The notes: generated from the letters alone by a model not told the origin. Positions 37,570-48,789 are shown, numbered from the stretch's first letter. The stretch is DNA of 64,000 bases from a virus (IMGVR_UViG_3300035666_000007:1-64000); one strand, 5' to 3'. Program-made: numbers and translations.

Positions 37570-38066
37570 GAGTGATCACCAAAAAGCACGCAGCAAGACA
37601 AGGCTTCGTTTCTTTTTGCTGCTAATTCAACAGGGTTTCGCATCCGAGACTTGAAACCATCAAACCAGTGACAGCATTCCAGGTAAAAGTATTCAGTATC
37701 AGTTGGGGGCGCCGCAATGTAGCGCCCGTGGTATCTCCACGTGGGTTTTCTCTTGCAGAATGGACAGGGTGCATTGTCAACTCCAATCACCTCCAGCAGC
37801 TCTCTCCCCGCTTTTGGCTCTTCTCCGTTGTACTCGGACCATTCGACTGCCCCCTTCGGCAGTAGCACTCGGTAGCCATCCCAATAGTCAAAACTTGGAG
37901 AAAGGACACTTGCCAATCCCGCGCCACGCAGTCGATACTTTGCGAGAAATACCAGAGTTACGCCTTCAAGAAATTTGTGCGGCAATCGCCAAATGTACCA
38001 ACCTTCAGAAGGGGGCTTTTCCTGCCTATAGTCACGAAACTCGTAACGGGCTGACTGGATGATCAT
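37554..38066 (-). CDS. Protein with C-terminal Lar-like zinc ribbon
   Basis: 'PCPFCKRKP...YFYLECC'. Confidence 0.5.
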   Translation of the reverse strand: MIIQSARYEFRDYRQEKPPSEGWYIWRLPHKFLEGVTLVFLAKYRLRGAGLASVLSPSFDYWDGYRVLLPKGAVEWSEYNGEEPKAGRELLEVIGVDNAPCPFCKRKPTWRYHGRYIAAPPTDTEYFYLECCHWFDGFKSRMRNPVELAAKRNEALSCCVLFGDHSCPPS

Positions 38067-38376
38067 GGTTGTGGGCTTAAAAGATGAATTGACAGCTGTA
38101 GCACGCTCGACCAAGCGTGCTTTTCGCTCAGGTCATGACAATGTGCGGATGCTCGTGAGGGTGGCCTGGTACATCAACAAGAATGTTGAACTCCCTGCCG
38201 GCCCCATCAATCAACCCAGGCAGCTTTCCTGCCGTTCGCATGGCTCGCACATGCTCCCAAATGCGATAGAGAGGCGTATGCGTTGACGCAGAAAATTCGG
38301 CTTGATCATAAAACTTGCCGCTTCGCTTAAAGTAGGTGAGTTTGACAGTGATGCTTTCCATGGTGCCGTCAACTCC

Positions 38377-38679
38377 TCACAGAAGTGGGCCAAAAGGCCT
38401 GTCATTAGCGAGGTCGTGCGCGCTAAGGGTTTCGATGTCCCTCCACTCCGTACCACCTCCCTCGAATCCCTGCTGCCACCTGAAGCAGCCCTGCAAGCGC
38501 AGATCAGTTGAACCATTGTCAGCACAGTCTCGAACCAGTCGATACGCAATCGGAAGCGCATGCTCCATGCGAGGCGCAGCAATGGTGCCGCGCCTCGCAT
38601 CGGAAACTCGCAAACGCCCCCCAGGCTTGTCAGGTATTTCCTTCGCCCAACCTTCTGACCCTTGGTCAACGCGGCTCAT
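38377..38679 (-). CDS. Hypothetical protein; paralogue of 37339..37569
   Basis: Shared motif. Confidence 0.55.
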   Translation of the reverse strand: MSRVDQGSEGWAKEIPDKPGGRLRVSDARRGTIAAPRMEHALPIAYRLVRDCADNGSTDLRLQGCFRWQQGFEGGGTEWRDIETLSAHDLANDRPFGPLL

Positions 38680-38793
38680 TTGTGCTCCGCAGCAAAAGCG
38701 GATCGAAACTGATAGGAGTGTAGCACCATTGGTGCCGATTGGCAAGCCAGTCAGCCGCCGTGGCTACCGTTTGACTAGGCGCGAAACCAAGAA

Positions 38794-39075
38794 GTGGCCG
38801 TCAAAGCAAGCATCCTGAAGAGACTCGTAACACAACTGCGTCGCAATGGACTGGCGGAGGGCGTCGCAAATGCAGTTGCTAGAAAAAAACTACAAGAAGC
38901 TGGCATCCTAAAGAAAGGAAGCGAAGAGCTTACCGAATACGGCAAAAAGCGACAGGCGATGGGTGCATCCGGCAGGGCGAAAGATCGAGCAGCAAAAGCG
39001 AGCAACAGAAAGCCAAGCGAATACAAATACAATTCCAGAACCAATAAGGCTACGCTGAAGAAAAAGAGCAAGTAA
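38794..39075 (+). CDS. Small highly basic phage protein
   Basis: 'ILKRLVTQL...RAKDRAAK...YKYNSRTNKATLK'; isolated plus-strand gene. Confidence 0.7.
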   Translation: MAVKASILKRLVTQLRRNGLAEGVANAVARKKLQEAGILKKGSEELTEYGKKRQAMGASGRAKDRAAKASNRKPSEYKYNSRTNKATLKKKSK

Positions 39076-40420
39076 TTTTATTTCTAGCACAAAAAACAAA
39101 TTTATCTGTATCTATGCAGCACTTCTTGGCGGTTCCGCAGCTCCAAGGCCTCGGATCAGGAGCGGATCCGCAGCGCACACCGTTACTGAGGGGGGTGTGG
39201 GCCACCAGTTGAACCCAGTAGCCCCAATGCTTTTCAAGGGTCCGACGACTCAGGCCGGAGGCTCTTGCAACTTGCCGCTTGCTCCAGGAGGATGCGTCTT
39301 TGATGCTTTTCCAGATACGGGTAAGTCTTGCCTGACTTTGCCTGAAAAGTCGCCTGTTGCGATCCTTGTCACTGCCAATTTTATCTTCAGGCACTCCCTC
39401 GGTGGTTCCAAATTTCTTGCGCAACGACGAACGCGCCCATCGCTCTGCAAGTCCACCAGTTTTTCGCATCAAGTCTTTCTTGGTTGAATGTGATGCGTAT
39501 TCCTCGAAGCCTTCTGTTGCAATAGCTGTTTTACGAATGATGGCGCCCAGCCTGAACGGGCACAGAATGTGGGGGTTGGCGAGTCGAACGGCTGTTGTGA
39601 TTCCCGCCAAAACCCTTTGACTTTGTCCGTGCTGCGTCCATTTTGCAGTAGGCTTAATTTTTTCTACTCTTGCTGCCCCGTTTCCCTTCTCGATGCGCCA
39701 GCCCTTCTTTTTCGCCCTTGCGGTTTCCAGGATTTCACGCCAAGCGTTACAGATTTCTGTATCGCCTATATCTGCAAGTAGCTGAAGGTAAATCAGTTCT
39801 GCATCTTCAATAAATGTTTTGCCTGTAATCAGGGCGCTACCTGTTTGTCCTGGCAGTCGAAAACCGTTGCTGCGAGCACGTTCCGTTTCGCTGTACTCGA
39901 TCTGAGATGGGAACAGCTCGGCTTGGCCTGCTGCTGCCACCATCCCAGAGCGCTCCAGTAGCTCGCGTCCAACCCAGTGGGCCAGCCAGCAAGGGATGGC
40001 GCTGGGCAGGCTCACGTAGGGATGCAGACCGCCTGATGCGCTGCTCCTGAGCAGGGAGACCCGTCCTCCAATCAGCTCGACGTGGCGTTGCAGTTCAAGC
40101 AGTTCGCTGCTTTCCCCGTATCGATCCCAATATTGGCTGCGGTATTTTTTCTTTTGGTCAATATCAAATACGATAACCCTGGTGTTTTTTTCTGGGCGAT
40201 AGCCTGTGATTTTGCTTTCATCTGCAAGGTGTCGCAGAAGGCCTTCGATCCTGTATGGCCTTGGGAGTGATCGCCAGCTGCCACCCTCTCGCTTTTCGAT
40301 CACCTCGTACCACCCCCCGCTGTAGGCCGCCCGCAGCCACTGCTCTTGGGGAGGGGCTTGTCGATTCGGGGGTGGGGCCACTATGATTGGAAGCGAACTT
40401 GAACTTGACTCGTTCACCAC
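39050..40420 (-). CDS. AEP-superfamily primase/Rep-like protein with C-terminal HTH
   Basis: 'VFDID', 'RSSASGGLHPY', 'ELFP', 'FRLP'; HTH 'SKRQVARASGLSRRTL'. Confidence 0.65.
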   Translation of the reverse strand: MVNESSSSSLPIIVAPPPNRQAPPQEQWLRAAYSGGWYEVIEKREGGSWRSLPRPYRIEGLLRHLADESKITGYRPEKNTRVIVFDIDQKKKYRSQYWDRYGESSELLELQRHVELIGGRVSLLRSSASGGLHPYVSLPSAIPCWLAHWVGRELLERSGMVAAAGQAELFPSQIEYSETERARSNGFRLPGQTGSALITGKTFIEDAELIYLQLLADIGDTEICNAWREILETARAKKKGWRIEKGNGAARVEKIKPTAKWTQHGQSQRVLAGITTAVRLANPHILCPFRLGAIIRKTAIATEGFEEYASHSTKKDLMRKTGGLAERWARSSLRKKFGTTEGVPEDKIGSDKDRNRRLFRQSQARLTRIWKSIKDASSWSKRQVARASGLSRRTLEKHWGYWVQLVAHTPLSNGVRCGSAPDPRPWSCGTAKKCCIDTDKFVFCARNKITCSFSSA

Positions 40421-40601
40421 AGCGGCCCTCCCCTCTCAAAAGAAGATCCGCTGTCGAGGCCTGGGGGGTTAACCACTCCCCGGGCCTCACCCCTTTTTGG
40501 GGGTGCCTTGCTTGGACCAGCCTACCCCAGCGGCGAGCATTGGACCAGGCCCCCCAGGGATACGCTCAGCCGTTGCTCGGAATCCGCCTGAGAGTTCTCA
40601 C

Positions 40602-40632
40602 AAAAAAACCTCTGGGCTCCAGCACCCAGAGG
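40602..40632 (-). terminator. Intrinsic terminator/attenuator upstream of the AEP/Rep gene
   Basis: CCTCTGGG-N8-CCCAGAGG followed by T7 on minus strand. Confidence 0.75.
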
Positions 40633-40736
40633 CAACCAACTCTCCAGTTGCATTAAAGCGATTTTGCGCCTTAAAGGCAACATTTGTCTTCAAATGCAAA
40701 TTGTAGCATAAAGCACATCTGCCTTGATGGTACTTG

Positions 40737-41210
40737 CTAATTTGCTATTTTGCTTTTGAAATATATTTTCATGAGTTCCTCGGAAACGTTCAGGTGCTTT
40801 CTACCTGGATTTTCTGCTATTGTTTTATACCACGGCCCCTCTTCGTCGTTTGCTAAGCGTGAAAGCTGAACCAAGTTAAACTTTTTCCCGTACACTTCCC
40901 AGATTACGGACAAAAACGCAACTACGGGTAAAAGGTCATCGCAGTGGTCGGCAGCGCCGGTGGATGAAATATTTCCTGTTCCATATTGCAAGAATTGTTC
41001 TCTTATATCTATACAGACTGGACCGTATCGAAAAGCCTCGATTTTTTCGTCAAACAAGGGTCTTTCGTACATGGCCAGGAACCATCCTTGCGCAAAGTAT
41101 AAAAGTCTTTGCAGCTTTATTGAATTTATTGCCATTTTGTTTTGATGCGATTGATTGATGAACCAATTGGCAATTTGAATCGATGTGTAATCTGGCCGCT
41201 TGTTTTTCAT
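40737..41210 (-). CDS. Panacea (SocA/DUF4065) antitoxin-domain protein
   Basis: 'IANWFI...KLQRLLYFAQGW...LFDEKIEAFRYGPV...GPW'. Confidence 0.88.
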   Translation of the reverse strand: MKNKRPDYTSIQIANWFINQSHQNKMAINSIKLQRLLYFAQGWFLAMYERPLFDEKIEAFRYGPVCIDIREQFLQYGTGNISSTGAADHCDDLLPVVAFLSVIWEVYGKKFNLVQLSRLANDEEGPWYKTIAENPGRKHLNVSEELMKIYFKSKIAN

Positions 41211-41573
41211 GTTTCAAGGTTTATGTCTTTGTGAGTTGACTGGTGCGGAGTCTCTACTCTTGCGATTTTCCGGGGATCTTTACGTCTTCTATCGCGATTG
41301 CATTCTGGATGGCGTCATAAAGCGCCGAAGGGTGCAAGTGGTAGCGCTTTTCGTTGTGAACAAGTGTCACTGGATAGCCAAGTCGAATACATGCTATCGT
41401 GGCTTCAGCTAGGCAATCGTCAATATGGCTGTTAGAACATGCGTCGAGGACAAGTTGTTTGATTTTTGTTTTTTCGAGGATGTTGGCAGTGTTGAGAATG
41501 TTTTTCATTGGCAATTTACTTGTTGGTAGTGATGTTTGGCGAGATTGCTGGATGTTGCGCTTTAGTGGCTGCT

Positions 41574-42455
41574 TTAGAAATGGAAATCGAATTCTGAGCC
41601 ATCATCGAGAAGACTCCAGTCAACCGAAATTGCACGATGAAGCTTGTTGTTGACGATTGCACTGGCAATTCCTTCGTAGCTGCCAAGCTGACAAAGAAGC
41701 TCGACCAGCTCGCCCTCTAGCCGCTGTTTTTGGGTCTGCTCGGTTTTTTCTTGACTGCCTGCCAGCACCTCTGCGACCAGTTCGTTATCAGCTAACGGGC
41801 TTTCCGCTGCTTGATTCCGGGTCGGTGACACGCGCTCCCGCTCTCGGGTCATGGCTTTTTCGGCGCGAAGTTGTTGCAGTTCGGCGCGCTCAGCTTCCTG
41901 AATGCGAAGAGCGTCCAGTGCTTCTTTCAGCTTTTCGGTGATTTCAGACTGAAGATTCTTGCCGGCTGGCGCAAATTCTTCAAGGCTGTCGATGTCGATC
42001 TCAGCAAGCTCTGCTAGCCGTTTTTCGGCCTCAGAAGAAGAGGTAACATTGGCGGCCAGGCCTGCAATCCGTACAAGAACCGACTTGTGTTCGTCGATTC
42101 GAGCTTGCTCTTGTGCTTCGATTGCCTTGATGGCCGTTTCGTGTGGCTCGATCAGTCCCTGAACCGCAGCCTCAAGTAGCTTCGCTTTTTCGTCAACAGC
42201 TTTTCCCCGCTGAACATGAACTGCCTTGGCATTTTTCCTGGCTCGCTCAATTGATCCCTTGATCAGGCGCAATTGATACATCCAGCTACGCGCTTCTTTG
42301 TTGCCGGTTTTGTCTCGATAGTCAAAGCTTTTGCTTTCGGAGTCCTGGGTTGCGATTGCAATTTCTGCTGCAAGCGCCTCCCATTTGCTAAGAGCGCTGG
42401 TCTCCTGTACGGCAACTTGTGTGATTGAGAGCTGATTTTCTGGAGCGGAGGTCAT
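41574..42455 (-). CDS. Coiled-coil hypothetical protein
   Basis: 293-aa helical ORF. Confidence 0.65.
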   Translation of the reverse strand: MTSAPENQLSITQVAVQETSALSKWEALAAEIAIATQDSESKSFDYRDKTGNKEARSWMYQLRLIKGSIERARKNAKAVHVQRGKAVDEKAKLLEAAVQGLIEPHETAIKAIEAQEQARIDEHKSVLVRIAGLAANVTSSSEAEKRLAELAEIDIDSLEEFAPAGKNLQSEITEKLKEALDALRIQEAERAELQQLRAEKAMTRERERVSPTRNQAAESPLADNELVAEVLAGSQEKTEQTQKQRLEGELVELLCQLGSYEGIASAIVNNKLHRAISVDWSLLDDGSEFDFHF

Positions 42456-43398
42456 TTGGTTGGAGCCGTTCGGCTGTAATGTGTAATTTTTGAAATAAAA
42501 CTTTTTGCGCTGAAAGAAAGCAGAGGGAAAGCTTTTTCGGCGAAGTAGTCTTGATGGAGTTTGGACCAGGCGAACCAGTAAATACTACCCCAGCACGCAT
42601 TGAGCAAAGCGTCCATCGGTTCGCCGCTCTTGTTTACCCAGGCAATTTTCCCAATTCGCCCATAGTCCGAGTTGATTGCGATTGGCTGACAGCAGCTGCT
42701 TTTCATGCTTTTGCCAATACTTTCGTTGGGCTGGTTTTTTTGAGCCTCGGATGGGCGGTGACAATTGTTTTTTGTTTTTCCTTGTTCCTCAGTTCTTGCT
42801 GTTCGGCGTGCATGGCCAAATGTTTCTCAAGTGCGTTCATGTGCGGGCACTTGCTTCCGACCTGATGTCGCTTGAAGTATTCGCGCAGATCTGCAAGTAT
42901 TGCGAATTCGTATTCAGATCTTTCCGGCCCCCAGGTTCCATGTGTTTCGTTCAACTTGTGCAAGTCATACCATTCGCTGTCACTCAGGTATCTTCTCTTG
43001 GATGCCCAGAGTAGGTCGGAGAAATGTAGCTTTTGACTCCTTCTTTGTTCTTTTTCGGCCTTTGCTCGTTCCTTCGCTTCTCTGCGTGTTAAAAATGTTG
43101 CCATGGTTTTCTGATTAAAAAAGCGATAACTGTTTTCTGTTGCTGGAGTTCGTGGCTTTTGTTAGTGACCGAGTAGAGAGGTGGATGAGAGGAAAGATCC
43201 AGCTTTGCTCAATCGCATAAAGGGATTGGAGCCGGCAAATGAAATGCGGAACCTTTTGACCGCTGACCTTGCCGGTGACGATAAACTCGTTGTCGCCATG
43301 CCAGCGTGCGTAAACAGTCTCGCCGATTTCAATTTTCTGCGTGGATTTTCGAGTCATCTGACTGGTTCAATAGATAAAAGCAGCGTGTGAACTCCTTA

Positions 43399-43427
43399 AG
43401 TGTACGTGGGACCAATGGTCCTGTCAA
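43399..43427 (-). promoter_or_regulatory. Sigma70 promoter, leftward
   Basis: TTGACA-N17-TACACT then TAAGGAGTTC. Confidence 0.8.
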
Positions 43428-43975
43428 GTGATCAATCTTGTACTACGTCCAGTAGTCGCAAGTGTCACACTACTCATAAGCGTTTTTAATTTGTAAGGAG
43501 ATTCTCGCAGGGCTTCATAATGCGCGACTTGGCCCCGGCCTGCTTGATGGTATATCCTTGTACGTGAATCCTCCACGCAGCGGCGCAGATGGCTGTTATC
43601 GACTGCTCCATTGGCTTCCTGTCTGTCTTGGAGATGGCCATATGCTTGTCCTTGAGCAGCCATTCCAGTTGCTCCAGCTCTTCTGCTCCTTCTTGAAGTT
43701 TTTGCTTGGCCTTCAGATAGCAGTTGTGAATTTCTGCGTTGTCAGAAGAGGATGGGGTAAAGTCGAACATTGTTTTTTTTGATTTTTTTTACGGTTATTG
43801 ATTCAGCTTTTGCGTGAAGCCCGTTAACAAGCTGCAGAGCCTCGACGATGTTTCCGCACTCAACAGTTGCGGCGATCGTCCTGTTTTCTAGGGTGGCTTC
43901 GTAGTGAAAAACCTGGATGGCGTGCATGGCTGAGACGGCATGATTTAGTGTTGCTGGTAGCCCCCAAGCGTTGAG

Positions 43976-44497
43976 ATGGCCAGGAAGTACAGCCAGGATA
44001 AGCCATTTCCATACAAAATTCACGTTTTTGACAAGGAGACTTACGAGGGTGAGCTTCGGAGGCGGAAAGAGTCACGGGTGCGGATGGTCGTGGAAACGAT
44101 TGCGTGGAAGCAAGGGGCCCTGCGCCGAATCAAGTTGCGGTTTGCCCACCAGATCTCAAAAATGAGACAGCAGATCAAGAGGCCATGGTACTGCTACTAC
44201 ACGGTTCATGGCTACGGTGCTTCAAGCGGCGGGGAGTTCATTTGCCCACAAACCTCCATGAGGGCCAGGCGGATAAAGCAGGATTATGCGTTTTTCTTTC
44301 GCCAATACTACGCGAAATGCGTCAAAACTTCGCTGGCGATTCTTGGTTGGCTTTCCGATTTGGAACCTTATGAGTACACCGTTGAACTGCATCATTATTT
44401 GCTTCGACTGGTTGTCGTTCAGTATCCATCAAAGCATTGGATAGAGAGGCATGAGCAGCATTGCCCAGAGGAATTTTCATGTTCGCTTGGGGCCTAG
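43976..44497 (+). CDS. Hypothetical protein
   Basis: 173-aa ORF at the strand switch. Confidence 0.5.
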   Translation: MARKYSQDKPFPYKIHVFDKETYEGELRRRKESRVRMVVETIAWKQGALRRIKLRFAHQISKMRQQIKRPWYCYYTVHGYGASSGGEFICPQTSMRARRIKQDYAFFFRQYYAKCVKTSLAILGWLSDLEPYEYTVELHHYLLRLVVVQYPSKHWIERHEQHCPEEFSCSLGA

Positions 44498-45002
44498 TGG
44501 TTATCCCTACTTCAGCAAAACGCAAACAGTCAATAGATTTGCGTTATGCAAGGAGTCCTTGCTGCATGAAAATGGCATCATTCTTAGATTCAAGAAGATT
44601 TACGGAAGTCTGCGCGATATTGAGCTTTGCGCACTTACCGAGTTTGACTCGATTGAAGAATTATCCGATAGGTACGAAAGACTGAATTCGCTTGGATACG
44701 GAGGCGAATTTTTTAAGCCAGATACGGTTTCGTCACCAGAAGGAGGTCTATATCCATTTCTGAGAGTGAGAGGCAGGAAAAGGTATGAATTTATAGATTC
44801 TGGCTGTATTTGGATTGGCACAAAATTTGAGTATCCGCGTGTGTTCGTGGATAATGAAATCGCCAACTGGTTCTGTCCATACTCTCCTGGCGGCGTTGTT
44901 CGCAGGGAGCCGTTTTTGCCATACGCAAAAGCTATACAAATAATGCCGCGACTGCTGAATAGGAACAGGTATGCGGATCTCGATATTGATGGATTCATTT
45001 AG
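44451..45002 (+). CDS. Hypothetical protein
   Basis: 183-aa ORF. Confidence 0.5.
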   Translation: MSSIAQRNFHVRLGPSGYPYFSKTQTVNRFALCKESLLHENGIILRFKKIYGSLRDIELCALTEFDSIEELSDRYERLNSLGYGGEFFKPDTVSSPEGGLYPFLRVRGRKRYEFIDSGCIWIGTKFEYPRVFVDNEIANWFCPYSPGGVVRREPFLPYAKAIQIMPRLLNRNRYADLDIDGFI

Positions 45003-45090
45003 CTCTTTGGAGCTTGTGAGTGGCCAGCAGCGGGCGATGGTTCCGAGGGATTGCCGATACCGCCGACTCTCCGCCCTTGCGGAAGGCGTA

Positions 45091-45138
45091 AAATTACTTT
45101 TGTATTTCCTTGACAGGCGGGGCTATTAGTGTTACTAT
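45091..45138 (+). promoter_or_regulatory. Early promoter 1
   Basis: AAATT-N14-TTGACA-N17-TACTAT. Confidence 0.88.
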
Positions 45139-45166
45139 TAAATAGTAAATCAGCTCATCCAGCTAA

Positions 45167-45610
45167 ATGAATCAAGTGGTTGCACCTTATTCGTTTCAGG
45201 AAACAATCAAGATTGAACCTCGCAATAAAACCCTGCATGAGCAAATGTGCTTTATTGCTGACGAAGTTGTTCGCCATAACTTTTCAGACGTGGCTGTTCA
45301 TGACGCAAGGATTCTGCGTCGCATGAAGCGAGGGGAAGTGAGGCTTTGGATCGTTAGCGAGCTTGGCAGTCAGTTTTTGCCAATGTATTGCCGCTTGACC
45401 GAAGTCGCTCGACAAGGCGATTACGAGTATGTGTTGTCGGCAGTCGAGGTAACAATTATGCGCCTTCTTCAGAGTGACCCGTTGAGCATGGCGCGTCAAA
45501 AGCAGTTTTTTGATACGGCAAGATTTTATTTTGTCACCAAAGGCGTTGGCGCTTGCGATGGTTCGATTGAATCTGCTAGCTTTTGTGACGTTGTCAACCT
45601 CGTGCGCTGA
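45167..45610 (+). CDS. Hypothetical early protein
   Basis: ORF immediately after promoter 1. Confidence 0.65.
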   Translation: MNQVVAPYSFQETIKIEPRNKTLHEQMCFIADEVVRHNFSDVAVHDARILRRMKRGEVRLWIVSELGSQFLPMYCRLTEVARQGDYEYVLSAVEVTIMRLLQSDPLSMARQKQFFDTARFYFVTKGVGACDGSIESASFCDVVNLVR

Positions 45611-46288
45611 GGCGGCGGAGGCTTTCTTCTGAACCGCCAGACAGGTTTTTGCAGTGTTAGTTTACCTTGAATCATGAAAACTCCAGAGCTTTATGTTTAT
45701 GAGCTGCAGCTGCTTCTTTATTCCCTTCAACTTGATTCCAGCATAATTGAGCAAAAAACGCTAAAAGATCTGAGAAGATCGGAAAGGTGGGCTTTGCTTT
45801 GTTTCTGGAGAAGGCGAAGCATCGTGATGGCGGCTGCAATCAGAGCGGAAGCTGCCATGCAATCGCTGAAAGCGATAGCCGAGCTGCGAGATAAACTCCT
45901 GGAAAGCACAGGGGTTGACGAGGACATGCGCCCGATCACTTTCAAACAAATGCTGAAATTCAATGACAAATGAACAATTGCTGATTGAAGAGTGCAGCAA
46001 GTTTGCTCTTTACATTGCAAACAAAGATGCAAAAACATGGAATGATCTTTGTCGTGACCTGACAATTATCTGGAAGAAAAACTTAAACGATGAAAAGATT
46101 TTCGACTTTCTAGCCTTTGATCGCTGCCACAGGACTGTTGGCGGAATGTCTGGTAAATACCTCCATTCCTGCTGCCCAGCAGAGTTGAAGAATTTGTTTT
46201 ACCGAAACAATCGTGCCGTGATTGCGTTGACTTCGCAAGAGATCATGTTCAGGATCAAGGACGAGCTTAAGATTGGCAATTATTACGA

Positions 46289-46717
46289 ATGAAATCACCC
46301 ACAACAGCCCCAGTCGTTTGCATTGACAATCCAATTCTTCGGTATATGACGGAAGCCTTGTTGTTTTCGTCTATCGTCGAGGATCAGTCGCTCAGCAAGA
46401 ATTACAGCATCTGCGATATTGACCAAGGCTGCTTAAGCAGGCTGTATGCAGATTTTCAGCGGTTCATTGATAGATGTGAGTCGGAGATTACGGCAGCAAT
46501 CGGGGGCGACTGGGAAAGTCTTGAAGCCTTTTATCTTGGCATCCATCAGGAAGGATGCGTTGAAAGAGATTTTATTTATACCAGAAACCATGACGGAAGT
46601 GGATTTTGGGATACGGGTCGATGGGATCCTCGGGTTTCGCAGATTCTCTCCAACGCGGCGCATCGCTTTCCTCAGATTGAGTGCTTTGTAGGCGATGACA
46701 AAAAAATTTACTTTTGA
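46289..46717 (+). CDS. Conserved phage protein
   Basis: 'DFIYTRNHDGSGFWD...VGDDKKIY'. Confidence 0.7.
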   Translation: MKSPTTAPVVCIDNPILRYMTEALLFSSIVEDQSLSKNYSICDIDQGCLSRLYADFQRFIDRCESEITAAIGGDWESLEAFYLGIHQEGCVERDFIYTRNHDGSGFWDTGRWDPRVSQILSNAAHRFPQIECFVGDDKKIYF

Positions 46718-46757
46718 TTGCGCCTAGTGCCGCCTTCTTGACCTTGCCTTAAGGCGG

Positions 46758-46805
46758 AAATTAGTTTTGTATTTCCTTGACAGCTGGCACCATTGGTGCT
46801 AATAT
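46758..46805 (+). promoter_or_regulatory. Early promoter 2
   Basis: AAATT-N14-TTGACA-N17-TAATAT. Confidence 0.88.
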
Positions 46806-46864
46806 TGTAAATGCTGGGGAGTAACCCGCTCTCCTCGCCGATCACTTTTATTCATTCCAGAACC

Positions 46865-47263
46865 ATGGATTACGTCATGCCCGCACTTGTGGATCCGCGC
46901 CCACTTGATCCACCCGAAGAGAATTGGCCTGAAGCTCAGTCAGAGTGTATTGTTGACGGGCTTCATGGTATTTACGTTCCTCAGCAATTCTGTCAACGAT
47001 ACGAGAAAATTGATCGTATCAGTCAAGGGGACTGGGACAATTGCCTTGCCGGTCCAGACAACGAAAGCTACTGGGATTCATGGGATCAGATACTGAGCGA
47101 CTGGACTTTTGAAGAAGCCGATGGCAATGGTGGAGTCTGGAAGATTTCCATTAAGCAAGATGGAGACCTGTTTCAGTGTCGAGAGTTCTTGCGTGCGGAA
47201 AAGCCGGACAGCTCTGATCCGGCTCTAGCTTCTTCGTCAGACGAAGAAACGCTCAGCTGCTGA
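46865..47263 (+). CDS. Acidic conserved phage protein
   Basis: 'DGLHGIYVPQQF...GPDNESYWDSWD...QDGDLF'. Confidence 0.7.
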   Translation: MDYVMPALVDPRPLDPPEENWPEAQSECIVDGLHGIYVPQQFCQRYEKIDRISQGDWDNCLAGPDNESYWDSWDQILSDWTFEEADGNGGVWKISIKQDGDLFQCREFLRAEKPDSSDPALASSSDEETLSC

Positions 47264-48741
47264 TACAGGCTCTTTCCCTTTAAGTGATTCCCCCCTTAAG
47301 CGATTCTTCCCCCCCACCAATGAAAACGATCAAGGCCGCACTGATTGCCACGCTGGCATTTTCTTCGACCACGCTCTTTTCTGCACGCGCACTTGCTGGT
47401 CCCGTATGGGCTGACAGCGTTGCGCGTTCCCATTGCGAATATCTCGCGATGGGAATTGGCTGGAAAGAGTCAATGGACATGGCGTTCAGCGATAACTCCC
47501 ACTGGGCGTCCGAAATCTCATCGGCTGGCAAAAACTCAAGCAGGATTATTTTGTTTTCTATTTTCAATCGCTGCTTGGAAATGAACAACGAAGCCTTCAA
47601 GGTCTACCAAGGTAAATCTGTCATTTGACTATTATGCCCCTTAGAAATACTGTCATTGCCTATTCACGGTTGAATGGTAGCAATCGTCAGCTTGGTTCGC
47701 TTGAAAAAGTTGAAGCCTTGAGGGATGAGCTGCAGTCTGTTCTTGCGGAAGATCAGCGGCAGCATGTAATGGATGAAGAATTGCTGGGGCTAAGCGATGC
47801 AATTGATGAATTTTGCAGCATCGTTGATGCCCATGTGAACTTCGATCGAACACCTCATTTTTTGTATGATAACGATGGAGGTGAGCCAGGCGTTGGCGTG
47901 CGCAATGCAGCAGAGCGGTTAATTTCTTAAAAATTGTTCTTACTTGCTTTCAGCTATGAATTCAAATGCTTCCCTGATTTTACTTGCGCTTGGCCTTCTT
48001 GTTTTATCCGCTGAAACCCTTATGCTTAGGCGAGATGTTAAGCGCCTGACTGGGCGTCTTGATCGTGTCAAGCGATCATTCCCTTTCCGCTCCATGCCGA
48101 ACAAGTAAAGATGGACAAAAGTAGGAAGATCAGAATTCTCTTGATGTCCCTCTCGTATATGTATAAGTATGGGGAGGCCTTTGTTGATCTGCTTAAGGAT
48201 AGCTCTCAAGAGGAAAGCGCGAAAGCGTGGAAAATCTTGAGAGAGCAAATCAAGGCAGTGCATTCCGAGCTGAAAGAAAAGCTCGATGGCGAGGCCAGGG
48301 CGCAGCCGTAGATTGCGCTGAGACGCAGGCAGGGGCGGCTCCAAAGCGCCTCGGGGCAGGATTGGATATGGACAAGCCGTTTTTCGATTTGGCGGCTTGT
48401 GACGGCCTCACGGAGCACGCTTCTCTGCCGCAGTTGCGGAGTTCAATTTTCAACGTGTGAACAATCTATGACAACAAAAAGCACTTCGCTTAGGATTGCG
48501 AGGATCACGGGATACTCTCGCAGGTTTCGGCTGCATGGATACAAGAGCAGATATGTCAAGACGAAAAGCGGCGCCTGCATTTGTTCTCTTTGCTGCGAAA
48601 GTGACATCGAGAGATTTGCACTTGATGATTCCTGGCTAGTCGTCAGGGATGGAGTGAACAAGAGGGATCCATATTTGTTCTGCGACAATTGCCTAACAAG
48701 AATTGAAATTTTCCAACCTTAGGCACGGTTTAGCAGCGCAA

Positions 48742-48789
48742 AAATTAGTATCAGATAAGCTTGACAGCAGGCTAAATATATGAGATACT
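48742..48789 (+). promoter_or_regulatory. Early promoter 3
   Basis: AAATT-N14-TTGACA-N17-GATACT, extended TG. Confidence 0.85.
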
